Below the pieces are notes generated by a model. The model saw nothing but the letters and a program-made list of their open reading frames with translations. It was not told the DNA's origin and did not search any database. Shown piece after piece: positions 59,067-64,000 of a DNA stretch of 64,000 nucleotides. Source of the DNA: an uncultured Clostridia bacterium (GTDB taxonomy: Bacteria; Bacillota; Clostridia; Christensenellales; CAG-314); the NCBI GenBank assembly GCA_944364615.1, contig CALVWF010000001.1, positions 65,840 to 129,839 of the forward strand. The letters run 5' to 3'. How positions within the stretch are numbered: position 1 is the first letter of the stretch; each line of letters starts with the position of its first letter. A program made the translations under genes and the position numbers.

Positions 59067-59726
59067 AGACTTTTTTCTATGATTGTATCGATCATAAACT
59101 TCGTTAACTGCTTCGATATAACAAATAAACGATGGATGATTATAATCATTTCTTGTTAAATACATATTTTTCTTATTTAAGTACCCTTCTCTTACTTCAT
59201 TCCAATAGTTATGGTTTTTAAGCCAATCAACTTTTTTATTTAAATTATATGAATTACGTCCTTCATTCCAAATCCAGACATCATTGCGTGTATTACCAGT
59301 TTTCTGATGAATTAGTCTCCACCATGAGCCATTTGAATCTTCAACAACGATTCCTAAGTCAATGCTAAATCTTGTCTTATTTCCACTTGTAAAATTTCGA
59401 TTTTCAGTAGTTAAAGCAGACGTAGAATCTTGGCAATCACCCCATCCATTTCTGTTTAAGATTACATTAAACTTTTTCCTTATATATTCTTTGATTCCTT
59501 GACAATCATTAATATTCCAAGAACGAATAATAGAAATATTGTAATCTAAATCAACTGGTTCAAATTCGTTTTGAGTTTCTAAATTTCTAGAACCACTGCC
59601 AACACTATGTGCCACAACTATCATCTTGCCTTCGTTATTAATTTCTTGAACCAACTGATTAACTAAATTAGAGCAAACTGATCTTAACTTCTTTAGAAAT
59701 TCTTTATCTTCTATATAATGATACAT
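59064..59726 (-). CDS. Pol-beta-superfamily nucleotidyltransferase-like protein (220 aa)
   Basis: GGAGG RBS. hGS at G43-S44 (HSVGSGSR), DxD at D59/D61 (PVDLDYNI) and a third acidic strand FSIDLGIVVED (D123), in the spacing of minimal NTase folds. W/N/Y-rich helical C-terminal half. Family not identified. Confidence 0.55.
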   Translation of the reverse strand: MYHYIEDKEFLKKLRSVCSNLVNQLVQEINNEGKMIVVAHSVGSGSRNLETQNEFEPVDLDYNISIIRSWNINDCQGIKEYIRKKFNVILNRNGWGDCQDSTSALTTENRNFTSGNKTRFSIDLGIVVEDSNGSWWRLIHQKTGNTRNDVWIWNEGRNSYNLNKKVDWLKNHNYWNEVREGYLNKKNMYLTRNDYNHPSFICYIEAVNEVYDRYNHRKKS

Positions 59727-59801
59727 ACTTAAAAACCTCCTAAATAAATATTATCCCCATGCCTACCATTTGAAGTATGTATCTTTTCTTCAAATCCTAT
59801 T

Positions 59802-59830
59802 ATTATACATTTCAATTACCAATTTGTCGA
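59802..59830 (-). promoter_or_regulatory. Sigma-A promoter of the NTase-like gene
   Basis: Minus strand TCGACA (59830-59825), 17-nt spacer, TATAAT (59807-59802). Confidence 0.6.
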
Positions 59831-59884
59831 TGGTTATCGTTCATTTTCATTATTTCAATGATTTCACATTAAAACTTGAAATGC

Positions 59885-59925
59885 AAAAAAACGCACGAAA
59901 TGACACTAAATCACTTCAATGCGTT
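59885..59925 (-). terminator. Rho-independent terminator after the 2-TM gene
   Basis: Minus strand AACGCA-tt-GAAgTGA-loop-TCAtTTC-g-TGCGTT followed by TTTTT. Separates the NTase-like gene from the upstream pair. Confidence 0.65.
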
Positions 59926-60029
59926 TATATTTGTTATCAATGTAATTATTTAAACCGAAATCACTATTATTATTTCTTATTGGAAGTATACTAAATTTTA
60001 ATTTAAGAAAGATAACTATAATTTCAATT

Positions 60030-60500
60030 CTATCTATAAAGTACAACAATTTTAGGATCTGACAAATCTTGTTCTCTAACAAAGCATTCTGCGTAATCTC
60101 CAACTTGATATGAAGTAAAATATTTTGAGAATATTCTATATACAAATCTAATTCTAACTTTTTTATTTAAATTATCTGTTTCGATTTTTCCATACATTAC
60201 ACTACCTATGGATCTTTCTAGGATTTTAACATGAATCAATTTTCCTTTTGAATTAATAAATGGCAAAAATCTATATAGATATATAATCAAAGAAGCAATA
60301 AAACAAATAGCAAACAATACATCTATCAATATTAGAACACTAAATATTTCATTAACTGCTTCTTGATTAGCATTTGTGGAATCAAAAGACTTTAAATAAA
60401 ATATCAAGCATAAAAAGCAAATAAATGTTATTAGTTGAATTGCTAAGGAAATAATCATCCAATAAAAACCGTACATTCTTTTAATATTGAATTTTTCCAT
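60030..60500 (-). CDS. Two-TM protein with small beta-rich C-terminal domain
   Basis: 156-aa ORF. TM1 about residues 10-36 and TM2 about 52-79, then about 75 aa of alternating beta-like sequence ending YQVGDYAECFVREQDLSDPKIVVLY. GGAG RBS inside the upstream gene's end. Confidence 0.6.
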   Translation of the reverse strand: MEKFNIKRMYGFYWMIISLAIQLITFICFLCLIFYLKSFDSTNANQEAVNEIFSVLILIDVLFAICFIASLIIYLYRFLPFINSKGKLIHVKILERSIGSVMYGKIETDNLNKKVRIRFVYRIFSKYFTSYQVGDYAECFVREQDLSDPKIVVLYR

Positions 60501-60502
60501 AT

Positions 60503-61039
60503 TTAAACTCCATATTTATAATTTATGTTTCCAACAACCATACTACCACGGTTATTCGTGTTGTTAACATAGTTTGTTCTTATAATGAATCTTATCTTTG
60601 TAGCGCCAGATTCGAATACATCTACATAATTTGTTAGGTTATCTTTATTAGTTGACATCTCTTTTGGATTAAAAATTCTTTTGGTTTTCCAACCATTATT
60701 ATAATATTCTAAAGTAATTGAACTTTTTTTAATAAGTGATTCATCATCACTCCAAAGGGCAATATTGTAATTGAATTCAAAAATACTAACATTTTCATCA
60801 ATCAAGTTTTCTTCTTCAATTTCAACTTCTTCTTTTTCCTGTGGAATATAATTATCAATATAAGACATACTTGATAAATTTTCCACATCATTACCTTTTG
60901 TAAGTTTTAATAGCTTTTTATCAACAACAACTTCCTGGGAATTATAAAACCCCTTATTAAAAGTCGATAATGTGCTAGAGGATACAATTCCCATTCCTAA
61001 AATCATTAAAAGAACCAATTTTTTTAAATGTTTTTTCAT
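60503..61039 (-). CDS. Secreted or membrane-anchored protein with acidic linker and beta-rich C-terminal domain
   Basis: 178-aa ORF. Signal/anchor MKKHLKKLVLLMILGMGIVSSS, acidic stretch QEKEEVEIEEENLIDEN, then Asn/Tyr-rich domain. Stop lies 2 nt before the next start. Confidence 0.55.
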   Translation of the reverse strand: MKKHLKKLVLLMILGMGIVSSSTLSTFNKGFYNSQEVVVDKKLLKLTKGNDVENLSSMSYIDNYIPQEKEEVEIEEENLIDENVSIFEFNYNIALWSDDESLIKKSSITLEYYNNGWKTKRIFNPKEMSTNKDNLTNYVDVFESGATKIRFIIRTNYVNNTNNRGSMVVGNINYKYGV

Positions 61040-61080
61040 TAATAAAACCTACTATGTCTTGGTTAGTCGGACCTAACTAA

Positions 61081-61108
61081 AGTATACTACTTCCTTTTTA
61101 TATGTCAA
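61081..61108 (-). promoter_or_regulatory. Sigma-A promoter of the secreted-protein/2-TM pair
   Basis: Minus strand TTGACA (61108-61103), 16-nt spacer, TATACT (61086-61081). Confidence 0.55.
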
Positions 61109-61159
61109 TAATTCTAATAGTGATTTCACATTGGAATATAAAAAACAAATTCATTTAAC

Positions 61160-61339
61160 TCACAAAAAATTAGAAATTATAAGCATTGGATACTCTTGCT
61201 CCAATAATGACTTAACACCGTACTGATTGTCAGAAACTTCCTTATCGTGAATTTGTGCCTCCTCCCCGAAAATGCCAATTACTCCGTGGGAATGTTTATG
61301 CTGTTCAGTTAATCTCTTCGATTGATTCTTTTTTGCCAT
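61160..61339 (-). CDS. Small hypothetical protein (59 aa)
   Basis: Track ORF 61160-61357 trimmed to MAKKNQSKRL (ATG 61339, GAGGTG 6 nt upstream). The longer form starts at an ATG overlapping the HTH stop by 1 nt. No family recognised. Confidence 0.4.
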   Translation of the reverse strand: MAKKNQSKRLTEQHKHSHGVIGIFGEEAQIHDKEVSDNQYGVKSLLEQEYPMLIISNFL

Positions 61340-61356
61340 TCTCTTCACCTCATTCA

Positions 61357-61551
61357 TTAATTATCTAGTTTCATGCCAATCTCGTTAAAGAGAACGACAA
61401 ATTTCTTCTTGGTATCCATAGTTGGTTCAAATCTACCTGTTTCCCATCTACAAACGGAAACATAACTAACATTTAATATTTTAGCTAGTTCTTCCTGTGT
61501 TAAGCATTTTCTTTCACGGTATTCTTTTATTTTCTTTGCATAATCAAACAT
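61357..61551 (-). CDS. XRE family HTH protein (Cro/CI-like, 64 aa)
   Basis: LTQEELAKILNVSYVSVCRWETGRFEP HTH_3 pattern. GAGGTG RBS. Confidence 0.8.
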   Translation of the reverse strand: MFDYAKKIKEYRERKCLTQEELAKILNVSYVSVCRWETGRFEPTMDTKKKFVVLFNEIGMKLDN

Positions 61552-61650
61552 ATGGTCACCTCAAATGGTTATCATTATTTTAACACAAACAAGTTTAAGT
61601 TTCGATATTTTCATGCAGCTTTGATGAGATTTTTTCTCAAAAAGAGTGAG

Positions 61651-61749
61651 TTGAAAATGGGGTGTCATTTATATAGTAGGGTATCGTTTATCTAGTAGAC
61701 TAACGTTTCTCTAGTAAGGGTATCGTTTATCTAGTAGGACTAAAATCTT
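61651..61749. repeat. Right-end array: five tandem 19-21-bp repeats, inverted relative to the left array
   Basis: ttgaaaatggggtgtcattta / tatagtagggtatcgttta / tctagtagactaacgtttc / tctagtaagggtatcgttta / tctagtaggactaaaatctt. Unit 4 (61710-61729) matches the reverse complement of left unit 2 at 18/20. Confidence 0.8.
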
Positions 61750-61835
61750 AAATTCCGTAGGTTCGAACCAATTCATATCTACTAGCAAAACGCAATTTAT
61801 AAAAAAATGCCCGATTTCTCGGACAAATATCGTTA

Positions 61836-61855
61836 ATTTTGACACCCTTACTTTG
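61836..61855. repeat. Solitary repeat copy in left-array orientation, 23 nt from the tRNA 3' end
   Basis: attttGACACCCTTACTttg. The 12-mer GACACCCTTACT (61841-61852) is identical and co-oriented with 59032-59043. Confidence 0.75.
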
Positions 61856-61877
61856 TATCAAAATGTTAGTTATAAGA

Positions 61878-61953
61878 TGGTGCTGGCGAGAGGATTCGAA
61901 CCTCCGGCCTATTGATTACGAATCAATTGCTCTACCGACTGAGCCACGCCAGC
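61878..61953 (-). tRNA. tRNA-Thr (anticodon CGU), CCA encoded
   Basis: Manual fold of GCTGGCGTGGCTCAGTCGGTAGAGCAATTGATTCGTAATCAATAGGCCGGAGGTTCGAATCCTCTCGCCAGCACCA. 7-bp acceptor, U8, D arm GCTC/GAGC, anticodon stem ATTGA/TCAAT with loop TTCGTAA, T arm GGAGG-TTCGAAT-CCTCT (one G-U), discriminator A. Confidence 0.9.
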
Positions 61954-61973
61954 ACATTTTTGCTTACCTGAAA

Positions 61974-62002
61974 AGTATATCAAAAACTTTTGAAAAAGTC
62001 AA
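61974..62002 (-). promoter_or_regulatory. Sigma-A promoter of tRNA-Thr
   Basis: Minus strand TTGACT (62002-61997), 17-nt spacer, TATACT (61979-61974), about 20 nt before the mature 5' end. Confidence 0.55.
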
Positions 62003-62029
62003 AATAATTATTGCATTTTTACAAAAACA

Positions 62030-62578
62030 TTATTTGTCAATGTCATTCACGGTGCTTTTATACCGTTGTTCCAGGTCGGCAAGAAATTTTTCCGCCTCCT
62101 TAGGACGTCTGAATGTGACAAGATCGAGGTGCTCGGCATGCAGTTGCAACTGTCCGACCAGATAAGGTCGTACATTGCGCCGAAAGTTGTATATGTATTT
62201 AAGAAAGTAGCCGTCCAGTTTTTCCTTACAGCCGTGAGCGATGTCGTAACGCTGTTTGCCGTGAAAACGTATTCTGCGTTTGATTGCACGCATCATACAA
62301 ACGCGTCTCGGGTAATCGAGAAAAAACACTGCGGTGGCACGCTCTATACGTTCGGCAACGTGACTGCGCCACATACCGTCTATTATCCATTGCGAGTTGC
62401 CGATTATTCCGTCGTGTATTTCTTTACGTTGCGAGTAATCCATCATCTGCCAGTCAGGCAACCACAGTAACTTGTCAAGGTGGATGACTTCCCTTCCGAG
62501 AATTTTGCCCAGACGAGTAGCGAATGTCGTTTTACCGCTTCCGGGACAACCCACCACCATTATTCTGTCGGAATTCAT
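62030..62578 (-). CDS. P-loop NTPase, adenylate-kinase-like (topology modulation/FlaR-type family)
   Basis: 182-aa ORF. IMVVGCPGSGKTTFATRLG Walker A. Start overlaps smpB stop (4 nt). Confidence 0.65.
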   Translation of the reverse strand: MNSDRIMVVGCPGSGKTTFATRLGKILGREVIHLDKLLWLPDWQMMDYSQRKEIHDGIIGNSQWIIDGMWRSHVAERIERATAVFFLDYPRRVCMMRAIKRRIRFHGKQRYDIAHGCKEKLDGYFLKYIYNFRRNVRPYLVGQLQLHAEHLDLVTFRRPKEAEKFLADLEQRYKSTVNDIDK

Positions 62579-63030
62579 CTGCCGGAATACTCCTTTAAAG
62601 CACGTTGCTTGTCACGTTCGATGTCTTTTTCCATTAGAGACTGTTTTTTATCGTACAGGTGTTTGCCCTTTACAAGCGCCACTTCCACTTTGACAAGACT
62701 TTGCTTGAAGTAGATTTTCAAAGGAACAAGCGAATACCCTTTTTCACGCACCTTGCCCAACAAGCGCATTATTTCCCTTTTGTGAGCAAGCAGACGTCTG
62801 TCCCTGCGCCCGTCAACATTGCTGAAACTGCCCTTGTCGTAGTTTTTAATATAGCAGTTGTTAAGTATCAACTGTCCGTCCTTTACGGTGCAGTAGGAAT
62901 CGGTAAGATTGAGTTGTCCCATTCTTACTGATTTTACTTCGCAACCTATAAGGTTTATTCCGCATTCCATGCGCTCCACCACCGTGTAGTCATGTAACGC
63001 TTTTTTGTTGAGTACCACAGGATTGTTCAT
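62575..63030 (-). CDS. smpB: SsrA-binding protein SmpB
   Basis: 151-aa ORF. NKKALHDYTVVERMECGINLIGCEVKS...RRLLAHKREI...LVPLKIYF. Confidence 0.95.
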   Translation of the reverse strand: MNNPVVLNKKALHDYTVVERMECGINLIGCEVKSVRMGQLNLTDSYCTVKDGQLILNNCYIKNYDKGSFSNVDGRRDRRLLAHKREIMRLLGKVREKGYSLVPLKIYFKQSLVKVEVALVKGKHLYDKKQSLMEKDIERDKQRALKEYSGR

Positions 63031-63139
63031 ATTGTTGTCCGAATTACATTACTCCTTTCAATTTATGATATTACCCTAAGTGCCGTTTGTCAACCGCAAA
63101 ACCGCAACGCGATGCAAAAATATTTATACCGTTGCACAC

Positions 63140-64000
63140 TTAAAACCGCGACGGTCTGTTTTGTTCGTCCGTACCGTAAACGGGAGCAAAGTATATCTTG
63201 CACGCACTCATATTTACGGACAGCACTTTTATCCTGATTTCGTCGCCCAGTCGGTAACGCACGTTGTCGTTGTACAGACTGTAGGAACTGCCGTCAAAGG
63301 TAAGATCGTCCTCAACTAGATCGTTGCGTTCGATAAAACCTTCCACCGTGTCGGGCAATTCGACGAACAGACCGTTTTCCGTAACGCCGCTTATTCTTCC
63401 GTCAAAGCATTGTCCGACAAGACGCAGACAGTAACGGCATTTCAGCATATCGTCCGCCTTACGTTCCGCTTCCATTGCAACCTTTTCACGGATACTGGAC
63501 TGAACTGCGCACCTTTCCGTCATTTCCTCGTACGCGGAAACGGCTTTGTCCGTCATTTTGTTGCACAGAATACTTTTTACCACTCTGTGCACTACCAGGT
63601 CGGGATATCTTCTTATAGGTGAAGTGAAGTGACAGTAGCAGCGGCTGGACAATCCGAAGTGTCCTGCGTTGACGACGGAGTAACGCGCTTTCTGCATTGT
63701 GCGCAACATAACGTCGCTGATCATATTGCCGTAGGGCGTCTGTCGCGCCTGCTCGAGAGCCTTTTGCAATGACGATGCGTGAATATTCTGCGTTTCCTGA
63801 ATGTTGATGCCAAGGGCTTTGAGCAACTGTATAAGTACGGCAAGTTTTTCGCCGTCGGGCTTTTCGTGGATGCGGTAAACCATGGGATAACCGCAATTGA
63901 ATACAAACTGCGCCACCGTTTCGTTTGCGCTTATCATAAACTGTTCTATTATGCGGTGCGCGAACAGCCGTTTTTTCGGAACGACGGCGGTTACGTCGTC
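63140..64000 (-). CDS. rnr: Ribonuclease R, C-terminal part (N-terminus beyond window)
   Basis: Frame stays open to position 64000. RNB end HFGLSSRCYCHFTSPIRRYPDLVVHR and S1 domain FDGRISGVTENGLFVELPDTVEGFI. rnr-smpB order. Confidence 0.9.
   Translation of the reverse strand, partial: DDVTAVVPKKRLFAHRIIEQFMISANETVAQFVFNCGYPMVYRIHEKPDGEKLAVLIQLLKALGINIQETQNIHASSLQKALEQARQTPYGNMISDVMLRTMQKARYSVVNAGHFGLSSRCYCHFTSPIRRYPDLVVHRVVKSILCNKMTDKAVSAYEEMTERCAVQSSIREKVAMEAERKADDMLKCRYCLRLVGQCFDGRISGVTENGLFVELPDTVEGFIERNDLVEDDLTFDGSSYSLYNDNVRYRLGDEIRIKVLSVNMSACKIYFAPVYGTDEQNRPSRF

Larger units (their letters stand above)
58945..61877. mobile_element. AT-rich genomic island next to tRNA-Thr (putative non-autonomous integrated element carrying a 5-gene cargo)
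   Basis: Abrupt composition drop (hand counts 14-23 G+C per 60 nt inside versus 25-30 outside). Abuts the tRNA 3' end. Inverted repeat arrays at both ends plus a 12-bp direct repeat. No recombinase ORF. Confidence 0.5.

Noticed and set aside
61651-61749. Tandem repeats as a CRISPR array
   Set aside because: Units are contiguous (19-21 bp period) with no unique spacers, are degenerate, and no cas genes are present.
61756-61772. ccgtaGGTTCGAACCaattc as a tRNA T-arm fragment (possible att remnant)
   Set aside because: Only the 8-nt TTCGAACC is shared with the tRNA-Thr T-loop region. No flanking stem can be paired. This is likely a chance palindrome.
61552-62029. Search for ssrA (tmRNA) downstream of smpB, the usual Firmicutes position and a classic island integration site
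   Set aside because: I found no GGGG...TTCGAC 5' end, no tag-peptide reading frame and no tRNA-Ala-like 3' end (..TCCACCA) here or in 58351-59006. Only tRNA-Thr is present, so tmRNA must lie elsewhere.
61839-62165. 108-aa plus-strand ORF
   Set aside because: It reads straight through the tRNA-Thr gene and its promoter in antisense, starts with TTG and has no RBS.

Overview
64-kb chromosomal window that looks like a spore-forming Bacillota (Clostridia-like) genome. The evidence for that is sigH, a cwlD-like amidase, hrcA with a CIRCE operator, and Bacillus-type gene orders. I see about 70 protein genes, mostly on the minus strand, one tRNA, no rRNA and no CRISPR. All functional calls come from reading the supplied translations and the DNA by eye at motif level. 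No database search was possible.

Core blocks:
- recR-ybaB-dnaX-sigH-rlmB-mrnC, tightly packed with ATGA-type overlaps.
- galT, recX, and an rpsU gene that is missing from the ORF track.
- hit-mtaB-rsmE-prmA-(padR)-dnaJ-dnaK-grpE-hrcA, with promoter and CIRCE.
- guaB.
- A 12-gene unit: cyclase, tsaC, rpiB and a nine-gene V-type ATPase operon (ntpFIKECGABD order).
- pepT.
- A glp regulon: glpP, glpA-like, oxidoreductase, DUF1667, glpK.
- A nucleoside kinase.
- tRNA-Thr, a P-loop kinase, smpB and rnr.

Decay and oddities:
- A 5'-truncated, frameshifted ABC ATPase remnant.
- A hydrolase-membrane fusion gene with two in-frame stops.
- A cluster of three DnaA boxes upstream of the cwlD-like gene.

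The standout is an AT-rich ~2.9-kb island (about 58945-61877) abutting the 3' end of tRNA-Thr(CGU).
- It carries five minus-strand ORFs: an XRE regulator, a 59-aa ORF, a secreted protein, a 2-TM protein with a small beta-rich C-terminal domain, and a 220-aa Pol-beta-type nucleotidyltransferase-like protein.
- These are arranged as three promoter-driven units.
- No recombinase is present.
- The island is bracketed by inverted arrays of a 19-20 bp tandem repeat and by a 12-bp direct repeat.
- I regard it as a candidate undescribed defence or abortive-infection cassette on a non-autonomous mobile element. This is inference and needs homology, structure and experimental tests.
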